Shown here in pieces: positions 11,943-23,915 of a stretch of DNA of 64,000 nt. The first letter of the stretch is position 1; each line of letters opens with the position of its first letter. This DNA is from an uncultured Chloroflexia bacterium (lineage in GTDB: Bacteria > Chloroflexota > Dehalococcoidia > GIF9 > UBA5629). The translations under genes were made by a program, and so were the position numbers. The notes below the pieces were generated by a model. The model worked only from the letters and a program-made list of their open reading frames with translations. It did not search any database and was not told the DNA's origin. The DNA lies in the NCBI GenBank assembly GCA_963752975.1, contig CAVWAG010000003.1, positions 206,793-270,792 of the forward strand. Direction: 5' to 3'.

Positions 11943-13337
11943 ATGAAGATACTTTTTGCTGCTGCTGAAATCGCACCCCTTACCAAGGTCGGCGGGCTGG
12001 CCGACGTTGTGGGATCTCTGCCGGCGGAATTAATCCGGCGCGGGCACGACGTCCGTGTGATCGTGCCAAAATACGGTTTTGTAGATTACACCCGCTATGA
12101 AAGCAGGACCGTGATAAATAGCCTGGTTGTATTTTCCCTCGGGCAATACCGCAGGATCCGGGTGGAGCAAATTGAGATTGAAAAAGTGTGCCGTTTACTC
12201 TGGTTTCCGCCGACGTATTCGCACTGTCCAAACTCGGTGTACGGCGAGAACGAAATCGAGAAATTCTGGGTTTTCTGTGACTGTGTGTCGAAGCGCTGCC
12301 TTACATTGGATGGCAGCCCGCGATCCTCCATTGCCATGACTGGCATACCGCTTTAATTCCCCTGCTGGTACGGAGAAGCCGTGCCGATTACCGCAGCGTC
12401 TTCACGATACATAACATCAAGTACCAGGGTGGTTTTGACGAACAGGTACTCAACAGGTCGTCGATTGGCCCAATACTGGAGGGCGGGCATAGCCGGCGGC
12501 CCCGCCATACCCTGGAATTTCATGGCGCAGGGGATCCTGTGGTCAACTGTAGTCAACTCGGTCAGCGAGAATTTTACCAGGGAGATACTTACAGCGGAAT
12601 ACGGCTGCGGTATGCAGGGTATACTGGAGTTCAGGAAGGACAGCCTCTACGGGATACGCAACGGGTTGGGAGGTGAGGAATACGCCCCGGCGTCAGATAA
12701 ACTTATCGCGGCCAATTACAGTTCCGATGATATCAGGGGCAAATCAATTAACCGGCGCGAAATCCTGAAGATGGCCGGCTGGAAAGCAGCCGATGTACCC
12801 ATCATCGGCATGATAGCCAGGCTGGACGAGCAGAAGGGCATGGACATTATTATCGGCGCCATGCCTGAGATACTGGGTTCCGCAAAAGTACGTTTTGTCT
12901 TCCTCGGCCGGGGCAAAGATTATTACGAGGAGGCCCTGCACGAGCTTGAGGTCAAGTATCCGGAGAGCATCAGGGCTTTCATTACGTACGATAATGTTAA
13001 AGCGCATTTACTTTATGCTGGAGCTGACATGTTCCTCATGCCTTCACTCTGGGAGCCGTGCGGGCTGGGGCAAATGATTGCCATGCGCTACGGCACTGTA
13101 CCGGTTGTGCGCAGTACGGGTGGCCTGGCGGACACCGTGCAGAACCTGGACAGCGACTTGAGCCACGGCACGGGCTTTGTTTTCAAAGATTATTCCGCCA
13201 AGGCGCTGGTCTTCGCGGTCAGGAAAGCGGTGGCTGCCTATGGCAACAAGCCTGCCTGGGAGGAGTTAATCAGGAGGGTAATGGCGGAGGATTTCAGCTG
13301 GGACGATCCTGCTGAGAAATACGAGATCGCTTTATAA
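11943..13337 (+). CDS. glgA: Glycogen synthase (several frameshifts, about 12180-12460)
   Basis: [14 protein letters not shown] in a shifted frame, [33 protein letters not shown]. Confidence 0.92.
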
Positions 13338-13354
13338 GAAGGCGTTGGAGCTGG

Positions 13355-14344
13355 ATGCAAATGGCGCGCTCTAAAAAACCGGTGGTCGCCGTTGATATCG
13401 GCGGGACTAAAATCACCTCCGCCGTGATAACCAGCGAAGGCAAAATGATATCGCGCATCTACCGCCTGACACTGGCCCATGAGGGCCCTCAAAAAGTAAT
13501 CGGTCACATGGTAGACGCCGTGGAGTTGTCCCTGCGCAAAGCCGGCCTTGACCTGTCCTCTATCGGCGGCATGGGCATTGCGGCTGCGGCTATCATCGAT
13601 ATCGGCAGGGGCCTGGTCTCCGAGGCGCCCAACCTGCCGCGCTGGCACAATATACCTTTGCGGGACAGCCTGGCGGACTCGCTGGGAAAACCGGTTTTTT
13701 TATTGAACGATGCCAGCGCCGCAGCGCTGGGTGAACACAGGATGGGCGCCGGCCGTGGACTGGATAACCTGATCTACATAACAGTAAGCACCGGTATCGG
13801 CGGTGGCCTGGTTATCAACGGCCAGCTTTACAACGGCACAGACGGCTGCGCGGCTGAGATAGGGCACACGATCATACTGATTGACGGCCCATTATGTAAC
13901 TGCGGTCAGCGCGGATGCTTTGAGGCCCTGGCCTCCGGCACTGCGATTGCGCGTATGGCTGTGGAACGTCTTGAAGCGGGCGGGAAGAGCTGCCTCATTG
14001 AGCTAACGCATGGGAAGATAGGGGATGTCACGGCTGAGCTGGTGTCGGAGGCGGCGCGCAGGGACGACGCTCTGGCATTAGATGTAATTGATGAAGCGGC
14101 CCGCTATCTGGGCATCGGACTGGCCAACTTGGTTAACATAATAAATCCGCAGATGATTATCATGGGGGGTGGTGTATCCAGGATGGGAGGGATGCTGTTC
14201 AGGCCTGCCCGGAAATCAATGAAGGAACACGCTTTTAAGCTGCCTGCCCGGACGGTTAGGTTAGTCAGGCCGCGGCTGGGCATGGACGCGGGATTGATGG
14301 GCGCCGCGATATATACACAGGAAAGCCTGGGGGCCAAGGGATGA
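13355..14344 (+). CDS. ROK-family sugar kinase (probable glucokinase)
   Basis: VDIGGT, NDASAAALGE, STGIGGG, EIGH, CNCGQRGCFE Zn motif; no N-terminal HTH. Confidence 0.88.
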   Translation: MQMARSKKPVVAVDIGGTKITSAVITSEGKMISRIYRLTLAHEGPQKVIGHMVDAVELSLRKAGLDLSSIGGMGIAAAAIIDIGRGLVSEAPNLPRWHNIPLRDSLADSLGKPVFLLNDASAAALGEHRMGAGRGLDNLIYITVSTGIGGGLVINGQLYNGTDGCAAEIGHTIILIDGPLCNCGQRGCFEALASGTAIARMAVERLEAGGKSCLIELTHGKIGDVTAELVSEAARRDDALALDVIDEAARYLGIGLANLVNIINPQMIIMGGGVSRMGGMLFRPARKSMKEHAFKLPARTVRLVRPRLGMDAGLMGAAIYTQESLGAKG

Positions 14345-15643
14345 TTTACTGGGCGCCGCTTTTCCATTTTTACCAGCCTCCCACGCAAACGCCTGCCGTA
14401 TTGATGAAGGTGGCCAATGAATCATACCGCCCGATACTTGCCGTATTTGACGAATTCCCCCATGCCAGGGCAACCTTTAATATCAACGGCGTGCTCACCG
14501 AGATGCTGGGGTTGTACGGCTATACCGATGTACTCAGCGGCATGCGCAAGCTGGCGGAGGCCGGGCAGGTGGAGTTCACCGGTTCGGGGAAATTTCATCC
14601 CATCCTGCCGCTTATCCCGGCAGAGGAGGCCGAAAGGCAGATACTGCTTAACCAGAATACCAACCGGGAGTATCTGGGCGAGGCTTACCAGCCGCGGGGA
14701 TTTTTCCCTCCCGAGATGTGCTATTCCAGGGACATCGTCAAACCGGTGGCCGCTTCGCGGCATGAATGGATAATCACCAGCGGCATAGCCTGCCCGGTGG
14801 CCTGGCCGATGGATGTGATCCATACCATCGATTACCCGGATGAAGAGGTGGCCGTCTTTTTCCGGGACGATATATTAAGCAATAAGATCAGTTTCAAGGA
14901 TGTTGACGGGCCGGGCTTCATCGAGCATCTGCAACAGCTTCACCAGGGAGAGGGAGACATATATGTTATAACCGCCATGGATGCCGAGACCTTCGGCCAT
15001 CATATCCAGCACTGGGACAAACTCTTCCTTTCACAGGTTTATGAAACACTTACACCTAATACCGATACGCCGGGTGTTATGCGTGAGCAGAAGCCGCTGG
15101 CTGACCAGCACCGCAAGCTGTTTGAGTACGGGAAGATCGCCCGGGGAAAGCGATATCAAGATCGTGACCATCAGCCAGTTGCTGGAGATATTCCCCCGGG
15201 GCCAGAAAATCAATCCGCGGCCGTCCTCCTGGAGTACCTCGGCCGATGACATCAATATGGGGAATTATTACCCGCTGTGGAAAGACAAAAATAATCCTGT
15301 GCATACCATGCAATGGCAGCACCTGGATTTGACTATCGATATGGTTCACAAGGCAGTTGAGTGTGCCGATAACCCGCTGAGCATCCAGTTTGCTACCCAG
15401 GCCAGGGAAATGCTGGACCCGGCCCTGCACAGTTGCCAGTTCTGGTGGGCCAGCAAGAAGCCTATGTGGAATATGAACATGATATATAAAGGGATGACGC
15501 TGCAGCGTGACGCGATATTAAACGCCTATAAAGCGCTAACGCTGAGCGGCTGCAAGCCGGAGGTAAAGAAAGAGTATTATTACCGCGTGGTGGCCGGCCG
15601 GCATATCTTCGACCAGATAACAGATTATTTATATATGGACTGA
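14341..15643 (+). CDS. Glycoside hydrolase family 57 protein (frameshift near 15145)
   Basis: HFYQP, HPILPL, FPPEM (nucleophile region), DAETFGHH (acid/base region), HSCQFWW in the shifted frame. Confidence 0.85.
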
Positions 15644-15683
15644 TTGGGTCGCTTGGCATTGACAGCTATGGAGGATTGAGAAT

Positions 15684-15911
15684 ATGAAATCCCGCGAAAT
15701 TATAGGTAAAGAAGTGATAGATGCGGAGGCCAGGATAATAGGCCCTGTGCAGGACCTTGAAATCGATTTAACCAAATGGACGGTGACCGGGATTATCGTT
15801 AAAAAAGGATTTATGAAGAGGATTACCATAGCGGCGGGCAATATAGATAAGGTCGGCGATAAGGTAGTACTCAAGGTCGCTTTTGATAAAATCCAGAAAA
15901 ACCCGGCTTGA
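15684..15911 (+). CDS. Small stand-alone PRC-barrel domain protein
   Basis: 75 aa; IIGKEVID...[11 protein letters not shown]...[10 protein letters not shown]; GGAGG RBS. Confidence 0.82.
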   Translation: MKSREIIGKEVIDAEARIIGPVQDLEIDLTKWTVTGIIVKKGFMKRITIAAGNIDKVGDKVVLKVAFDKIQKNPA

Positions 15912-15925
15912 CTGAGGTCTGTTCA

Positions 15926-18066
15926 GTGAAGCGTATTTATCTCGGCCTGGCCATACACAACCACCAGCCACTGGGCAATTTTTCCTGGGTTTTTGAGGAT
16001 GCCTACCAGCGGGCTTACCTGCCGATGCTGGAAGCGCTGCTGCGGCATCCCTCTATCAGCATATCGTTGCATTACAGCGGCTGCCTGTTTGACTGGCTAT
16101 CCGGCTGCGCATCCGGAGTTCTTCAAATTGCTCAACAGGCTGATTGCCAGGGAACAGGTGGAGATGATGGGTGGGGGCTATTACGAGCCGATATTGCCCA
16201 TGATACCTGATGCCGATAAGCTGGGGCAGGTGGGCAGGATGAGCGAATATATCTGGCAGGAGTTCAGCCGCCGGCCGCGCGGACTCTGGCTGGCCGAAAG
16301 AGTCTGGGAGCCCTCCCTGGCTAAAACGCTGGCTGACGCCGGCATAGGCTGGACACTGGTGGACGACACGGCCTTTAAAATGGTGGGAAAAGAGGAAGGA
16401 GAACTTTTCGGCTATTTTAATACCGAGGAGCAGGGTCTCAGCCTCAAGATATTTCCTATCAGTAAGTATTTGCGCTACGCCATTCCCTGGCACGACGTGG
16501 AAGATGTTATAGCCTATTTAAAAGTCAGCGCGTCTGAAAGCGGCCACAGGATAGCGGTGCTGGGTGACGACGGTGAGAAATTCGGCGTCTGGCCGCAGAC
16601 CCATGCTCTCTGCTGGGACAAGCAGTGGATAGAACGATTCTTAACGGCGATCGAAGACAATGCGGAATGGCTCACCACTATCAAGCTGGGAGATTATATT
16701 GATCGGCACCCTCCGGCGGGACGAATATACCTGCCCTGCGCCTCGTATGACGAGATGCTGGAGTGGTCGTTGCCGGCTGATAAATCGTATGAATATTCTG
16801 AGTTGAAACACCGGTTGGCTGAAGAGAAGCAGGACGCAGTATTGCAATACCTGCACAGCGGATTCTGGCGTAACTTCCTGGTCAAGTATCCCGAGGTCAA
16901 CCGTATGCATAAGAAGATGCTCAACGTCAGCTGCAAGGTGCACACGGCGCGCGGTATACAGGAAGACGGCATCGGACTCGATTACCTGTGGAAGGCGCAG
17001 TGCAATTGCCCCTACTGGCACGGTGTCTTCGGCGGCGTCTACCTCGCTGATATCCGCTCGGAGACTTATTCCAACCTGATAAGGGCGGAGAACTACGCCG
17101 ACGCTGTATTGTCCGATGGAGTCCGGGGCTACAAATGGCAGCAGATTGATTTTGATGGCGATGGGAATGAGGAAGTACTGGTTGAGGGGGAGGATTTGAA
17201 TTTGTACCTGTCACCAGCCGAGGGCGGCACGCTTTTTGAGTGGGACCTGCGCAGGCATGCTTATAACCTGCTGAGCGCAATATCCCGCAGGCCCGAGGCC
17301 TATCATCAAGAGCTTGCAGCCGCGGCCAGGGATGGAGAGGCCGGTGAAGATGAAGGCAGGGTTATCAGCATACATGATGCCATCCGGGTCAAGGACGCGG
17401 ATATCGCGGACTGGCTTATTTACGATGATTTGCCGCGTTCCAGCCTGGTTGACCGCTTTTTGGATAAACAGGTGACTCTGGGGGATTACTGCAGGAACAA
17501 GTTTGAGGATGCCGGCGACTTTGCCGGACGGCCCTACGAATATTCAGTCAATTCTCCGGCCGGATTCATTGGAAGTGCTGATGAAAAGGCAGGCAACTGT
17601 GCAGATCGGGCAGGCCAGGGCCGGCCTCGCATTGGAAAAGAGCGTCACGATGATGCAAAACGCGGGCAGCCTCAATATCAGCTACAGGTTTATCAATGAA
17701 AGTGATATGCCGGTTGACACTATCGTTGCCAGTGAGTGGAACATCAACCTGCTGGGCGGCGGGCATAACGACGGCGCTTACTACAGGGTGGAGGGCAGGG
17801 ATATCGGCGATACGCACCTCGACTCCCGTGGCGGCATAGGCGAGGCGGCGGAGCTTATCATGGGTAACAGGTATCTTGGCATCGAGCTTGCGCTGAGGCT
17901 GGACCGTCCGCTGACCCTGTGGCGCTTCCCGGTTGAATGCGTATCCAATTCCGAGGGTGGGGTGGAGAAAGTCTACCAGTGCAGTTGCATTGTAATCCTA
18001 CTGCCGCTGATGATAGCGCCGGGTCGGGAGGCATCCTTCGACTATAGTTGGCAGGTGATAAAATAG
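15926..18066 (+). CDS. GH57 alpha-amylase / 4-alpha-glucanotransferase (frameshifts near 16100 and 17560)
   Basis: [44 protein letters not shown]-terminal [12 protein letters not shown]. Confidence 0.88.
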
Positions 18067-18083
18067 AAGGCCGTACACTGAAG

Positions 18084-20664
18084 ATGTCTGAAACCCCGCT
18101 CAGAAAACAGTACCTGCGCATCAAGCATAAATACCCGGACGCCATTGTCTTTTTCAGGCTGGGTGATTTTTATGAGACCTTTGATGAAGATGCCCGCATT
18201 GCCTCCCGGGAGCTTGAGATCGTATTGACCTCGCGGGAGATGGGGAAAGGAGTGAAGGTTCCCCTGGCCGGCATACCCTACCACGCCGTCGAGAATTACC
18301 TTGCAAGGCTGATCAGCCGTGGCTATAAAGTGGCGATCTGCGAGCAGTTGACCCCGCCGGGCAATGGCCTGGTGGAGCGCGACGTGATCCGGGTGGTAAC
18401 GCCGGGCACACTGATTGAACCCGGCCTGCTGGCCGAGAAAAGCAACAATTACCTGGCCAGCCTGTTTATATACAAAGGGCAGGCTGGCATTGCTTATGCC
18501 GACATCACCACCGGCGAGTTCGCGGTGACTCAAGTTCCACAGGAGCAGGCTGCTGATGAAATAGGCCGCTTAAACCCCGCTGAAGTGATCGTCCCGAAGT
18601 TAAGTGGGTACAGCGAGGTGGATAACTTCCGCAATTGCACGCAGCTCGAGCATTATTTCTTTGAGCACGCTGCAGCCAGGCAGGGGCTGCTGGAGCATTT
18701 CTCCACGTCATCACTGGAGGGTTACGGCTGTGAGCACCTGCCGCTGGCCATAAGTGCAGCGGGCGCTATCATCGGTTACCTGCGCGAGAACCAGAAGGCT
18801 GCCCTGGGACTGCTCACCCGGCTTTCCACCTACTCGATACAGTCCTTCATGACGCTCGATACACACACCACCCGCAACCTTGAATTGTATAGCAGCCTGC
18901 GCTGGGGCACGGCGCAGGGTTCACTCATCGCCGCCATAGATATCACCAGAACCTCCATGGGCGGCCGCCTGCTCAAGAGGTATTTAGGCCAGCCGCTACT
19001 TGACCTGCAGGCCCTGACAGAGCGGCAGCAGGCGGTTGAGTGGTTCTTTAAAAACACCCTGATGCGCGGCTCAGTCATCGCGCTGCTGGCCGATATGCCC
19101 GACATGGAGCGCATTATCAACCGCATCAGGAGCGGCAATGCTATCCCCCGGGAGCTGGTGGCACTCAAAACCGGGCTGGAGAAAGCAATGTCCATCCTGC
19201 CCCTTTTAGTCGATAATAAAGCCCCGGCATTGATGATAGATGGCCTGAAATCCTGTCCCGACGTGGTTGAGCTTATCACTGCTGCTATTGCCGATGAGCC
19301 GGCCGCCACCTTTGAGCATGGGGGGGTGATCAGGAAGGGCTTTTCGGAAGAGCTCGATAAGATAAGGACAATTGCCACCGATGCAAAGCAGTTCTTAGCC
19401 GGCCTGGAAAAGTCGGAGCGTGAGCGCACCGGCATCAAGTCCCTGAAGATGGGCTATAACCGGGTCTTCGGCTACTACATCGAGATATCACAGTCCAACC
19501 TGGCGGCCGTTCCTGCCGATTACATACGCCGGCAGACGCTGGCCAATGGTGAGCGGTTCTATACGCCGCAATTGAAAGAATACGAGTCCATGATCCTCAA
19601 TGCCCAGGAGAGGATGGTGGAACTTGAGAAGTCGCTTTTCGCCCAGGCCTGCGGTCAGATCGCAGCTTCGGGCGAGAAGATACTCTGCTCTGCCCGCGTA
19701 CTGGCGCAGGTGGATGTATTCTCCAGCCTGGCCGAGATAGCTGCACGCAATGGATACGTCAGGCCGCAGTTAAACAGCGGCGATGCAATCAGCATCAAAG
19801 GTGGCCGGCACCCCGTGGTGGAAAAGGCCCTCGGCCCAGGCGCGTTTATTCCCAACGATACCGTTCTTGCCGGCAGCGATGACCAGCTCATCGTGCTGAC
19901 CGGTCCCAACATGGCTGGCAAATCCACCTACCTCAAGCAGGTCGCTTTGATAGTTCTACTGGCCCAGGTGGGCAGCTTTGTGCCGGCGGACGAGGCGGTC
20001 ATCGGCATTGTCGACCGTATCTTCACGCGCATCGGAGCCCAGGAGGATATCGCCGCCGGGCAGTCCACTTTCATGGTAGAGATGATCGAGGTCGCCAATA
20101 TCCTCAATAATGCCACCGCGAAGTCTTTGCTGATATTGGACGAGGTCGGCCGCGGTACCAGCACCTACGACGGACTTTCTATCGCGTGGGCTGTTATCGA
20201 GTATATCCACAACCATACCAAACTTAGGTCCAAGACACTTTTCGCCACCCATTATCACGAACTGGTAGAGCTGGCGGGATCGCTCCCGCACGTGAAGGAA
20301 TTACAATATGGCCGTCAGCGAAGATCAGGGCAAAGTGATCTTCCTGCGCAAAGTCGTTCCCGGCGGGGCCGACCGCAGCTACGGGATACATGTGGCGCAA
20401 CTGGCCGGCCTGCCCAAAGCGGTGATCCACCGGGCGCAGGAGATATTACGGCGGCTTGAAGAGGAGCAACCCGGGCGCAAGAGCGGTGTTGGCAAGCAGG
20501 CCGTTGATTCACAGGCTTTGCAGTTAAACATCTTCAGGCAGTCTTCTGAGGTTGAGGCTGAACTTAAAAAGCTTGATATCGATGCCATGTCGCCCATCGA
20601 GGCTATCAACAAGCTGTACGAACTGAGGAAAAAAGTACAGGAAAACAAGCATAAACATCAATAA
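18084..20664 (+). CDS. mutS: DNA mismatch repair protein MutS (frameshift near 20300)
   Basis: [55 protein letters not shown]. Confidence 0.96.
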
Positions 20665-20716
20665 TTATTGTTAATAAATAGCAGTATCCGCCGAAAAGTG
20701 CTATATTCTTGACTTT

Positions 20717-21922
20717 ATGAAAGAGAATATAGAAGAGATAAAGCAGGGAACGGTAACGTCTCCACAGGGGTTCCTGGCGGGGGCGGTGGAGGCCGCCGTC
20801 AAGTATAAAGGACGGTTGGACCTGGGCATCCTGTATTCCGAGGAGCCGTGTACATCTGCCGCTGTCTTTACGGCCAATAAGGTCAAGGCTGCTCCCATTC
20901 TGCTCAGCATGAAAAATATCGGGAAGCGCAGGGTGCGGGCAGTGGTGGTTAATTCAGGCTGCGCCAATGCCTGTACGGGCGGCAAGGGTTTAAAAGACGC
21001 AACTGATATGGCGGATTTCACTGCGGCAAAGCTGGGCATCAGGCCTTCAACGGTTATCGTGGCCAGCACGGGCGTGATTGGCACCGGCCTGCCCATGGAA
21101 AGGATCAAGGCGGGCATCGAAAAGGCAGACCTGTCCAGGAACGGCGGCCACCGGCTGGCGCGGGCCATTATGACTACGGATACGCGGCCTAAGGAGATAG
21201 CGGTAAGGGCCGTGGACAGCACCGGGCATTACACCATCGGCGGTATTGCCAAGGGCGCGGGTATGATACATCCCAATATGGCTACACTGCTCGGCTTCCT
21301 GGCAACGGATGCCAAGGTAGAAGCCAGGTTCCTCCAAAAGGCGCTTGCGGCCGCAGTGGAAACCAGCTTCAACATGATAACCATCGACGGCGATACCAGC
21401 ACCAACGACATGGTGTCTATCATGGCCAACGGCGCGGCCAACAACGAGCTCATCGCGGAGAAAAACGGCAGGGTATTCCAGCAAGCCCTGGATACGGTCT
21501 GCCGCTATTTGGCCTGCAGCATCGCGGCTGACGGCGAGGGCGCCACCAAGCTGATCGAGGTCAGCGTCGAGGGGGCGAAAAATATTGCTGAAGCGAGAAA
21601 GATAGCGCGAATTATCGCGGGGTCTGCGTTGGTGAAATCGGCCATCCACGGTAACGATCCCAACTGGGGCCGCATCGTGGCCGCCCTGGGGCGCAGTGGA
21701 ACGGCCATGGATGAAAAGAAACTTGATGTACTTCTCCAGGGCGAAATGGTTATGCAGGCGGGATGCCCGCTGCCTTTTAAAAAAGACAAGCTCAGCCGCA
21801 GGTTGAAAACAGATAAGGTCACAATCAGTGTTTGCCTGAATATCGGCAACGGCAAAGCCAGCGCCTGGGGATGCGACCTCTCTCAAGAGTATGTTACTAT
21901 AAATAGCGATTACACAACGTAG
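20717..21922 (+). CDS. argJ: Bifunctional ornithine acetyltransferase / N-acetylglutamate synthase
   Basis: NSGCANACTG, IMTTDT, KGAGMIHPNMATLL, DGDTSTND, DGEGATK, DPNWGRI. Confidence 0.96.
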   Translation: MKENIEEIKQGTVTSPQGFLAGAVEAAVKYKGRLDLGILYSEEPCTSAAVFTANKVKAAPILLSMKNIGKRRVRAVVVNSGCANACTGGKGLKDATDMADFTAAKLGIRPSTVIVASTGVIGTGLPMERIKAGIEKADLSRNGGHRLARAIMTTDTRPKEIAVRAVDSTGHYTIGGIAKGAGMIHPNMATLLGFLATDAKVEARFLQKALAAAVETSFNMITIDGDTSTNDMVSIMANGAANNELIAEKNGRVFQQALDTVCRYLACSIAADGEGATKLIEVSVEGAKNIAEARKIARIIAGSALVKSAIHGNDPNWGRIVAALGRSGTAMDEKKLDVLLQGEMVMQAGCPLPFKKDKLSRRLKTDKVTISVCLNIGNGKASAWGCDLSQEYVTINSDYTT

Positions 21923-21939
21923 CCATCCCGGGAACCAAT

Positions 21940-22728
21940 ATGCTTGGATCTAAAATTATCGTAGTGAAAATCGGTGGCAGTACCCTCGGCCAGCATGATA
22001 CCACGCTCGAGGACCTGGTTGCGCTGCAGAAAAAAAAGGTGCCTGTGGTGGTTGTGCATGGTGGGGGCAATGCTGTCACCGACTGGCTGGGCAAGCTGCA
22101 TATCTCCACCAGCTTCGTGCACGGCCTGCGGGTGACAGATGAAGACACTTTGAAAGTAGTCACTGCAGTGCTGGCCGGCCTGATTAATAAGGAACTTGTA
22201 TCGGAGATATGCCGCCTGGGTGGCAGGGCGGTCGGCCTAAGCGGCGTGGACGGCGCCACAGTAATGGGCAAGAACAATAACCACGAGCTGGGATTGACCG
22301 CCGAAGAGGTGACGGTAAATGACAGGCTGCTCAGGGTGCTGCTCAACAGTGGCTATATGCCCGTTATCGCACCGGTCTGCATGAACACAGATTTGAAGGG
22401 AAACGAGGGCACTAATTTGCTCAACGTAAATGGCGACACTATTGCGGCACAGATAGCCGCTGCTTTGAAGGCGCGTAAACTAATCTTCCTGACGGACGTA
22501 CCGGGAATTTATGATGAGTCCAAGCAGGTAGTGGCCCATATCGATATCAGCAAGGCGCGTAACATGATAGAAAGCGGTACGGCCTCGGGCGGCATGATAG
22601 CCAAGCTGGAGGCCAGCATGATTGCTGCACAGAAGGTGTCGCTGACACGCATCATCGACGGGAGGGTAAGCCACGCCCTGTTCGATGAAATAGAAGGAAA
22701 AGGAAAGGGAACAACCATTGTCAATTAA
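21940..22728 (+). CDS. argB: Acetylglutamate kinase
   Basis: VVKIGG, VVHGGG, GLRVTD, NVNGD, LTDVPG, GGMIAK. Confidence 0.95.
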   Translation: MLGSKIIVVKIGGSTLGQHDTTLEDLVALQKKKVPVVVVHGGGNAVTDWLGKLHISTSFVHGLRVTDEDTLKVVTAVLAGLINKELVSEICRLGGRAVGLSGVDGATVMGKNNNHELGLTAEEVTVNDRLLRVLLNSGYMPVIAPVCMNTDLKGNEGTNLLNVNGDTIAAQIAAALKARKLIFLTDVPGIYDESKQVVAHIDISKARNMIESGTASGGMIAKLEASMIAAQKVSLTRIIDGRVSHALFDEIEGKGKGTTIVN

Positions 22729-23914
22729 GTCAACAGACTGGCAGGAACTTGAGAAAAAGGTCTTTATGCCAGTGTTTAAACGCAACCCGCTGACGCTCGT
22801 GCGCGGAAAAGGGATGAAAGTCTGGGACGATACCGGCAAGGAGTACCTTGACTTCGTGGGCGGACTGGCAGTGACGAGCCTGGGGCATTGCCATCCGGTG
22901 CTGGTTAACGCCGTCACCAAACAGGCTGCTACCCTTATACAAACATCCAACCTTTATTATACGGTACCACAGTTACAATTAGCGGAACTTCTGGTCAAAA
23001 CGAGCTGCCTCGACCGCGTTTTCATTGGCAACAGCGGCGCGGAGGCTGTCGAGGGTGCCATGAAGCTGGCGCGCCGCTATGGCAAGCTTAAGCTTGACGG
23101 CGCCTACGAGATAATCACCACCCACGAGTCGTTCCACGGACGGACGCTGGCTACCACGGCGGCCACGGGGCAAAATAAATTCCAGGAGCCCTATACACCT
23201 CTGCCAACGGGGTTTGTCAATGTTCCATACAACGATATTGAGACGATTAAGCGGGCCACCACCAAACTGACCTGCGCGGTGATGCTGGAGCCTATCCAGG
23301 GCGAGGGCGGCGTAAACGTTCCGGACGATGATTACCTTGGCAAGGTCAGGTCATGGTGCGATGAGAAAGGCCTGCTGCTGATATTAGACGAAATACAGAC
23401 GGGCATTGGCCGCACCGGCAGCCTGTACGCTTACCAGCAATACGGCGTCGAACCTGATATTATGACCATAGCCAAGGGACTGGGTGGTGGTGTCCCCATC
23501 GGCGCCTTCTTAGCCAAGGAAGCGGCCTGCGTTTTCAAGCCGGGAGAGCACGGTTCAACATTCGGCGGTAACCCGCTGGTCTGCGCCGCCGGGTATGCTG
23601 TATTGAGCTATATTATTGACAATCACATTCCCGAACACGTTCAAAAGGCCGGCTCGTATTTATATAATGGCCTGCAAGACCTGGCAGGTAAATATGCTGC
23701 CATTACCGGTGTGCGGGGCAAAGGATTGCTGCTGGCGGTAGGATTGAAGGACGAGATTGCCGGAGACCTGGTGCTGGGATGCATGGACCGGGGACTGCTG
23801 GTAAATAACGTCAAGCCCGACGCGCTGCGCCTGATTCCGCCATTAGTGGTAACCGAGAAGGACATCCGCAAAGCCCTGGATATACTCGATAAAGTGTTTA
23901 AAGAGAGGCAATGA
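22718..23914 (+). CDS. argD: Acetylornithine aminotransferase
   Basis: NSGAEA, SFHGRT, EPIQGEGG, DEIQTGIGRTG, AKGLGGG, HGSTFGGNP. Confidence 0.94.
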   Translation: MSIKSTDWQELEKKVFMPVFKRNPLTLVRGKGMKVWDDTGKEYLDFVGGLAVTSLGHCHPVLVNAVTKQAATLIQTSNLYYTVPQLQLAELLVKTSCLDRVFIGNSGAEAVEGAMKLARRYGKLKLDGAYEIITTHESFHGRTLATTAATGQNKFQEPYTPLPTGFVNVPYNDIETIKRATTKLTCAVMLEPIQGEGGVNVPDDDYLGKVRSWCDEKGLLLILDEIQTGIGRTGSLYAYQQYGVEPDIMTIAKGLGGGVPIGAFLAKEAACVFKPGEHGSTFGGNPLVCAAGYAVLSYIIDNHIPEHVQKAGSYLYNGLQDLAGKYAAITGVRGKGLLLAVGLKDEIAGDLVLGCMDRGLLVNNVKPDALRLIPPLVVTEKDIRKALDILDKVFKERQ

Positions 23915-23915
23915 A

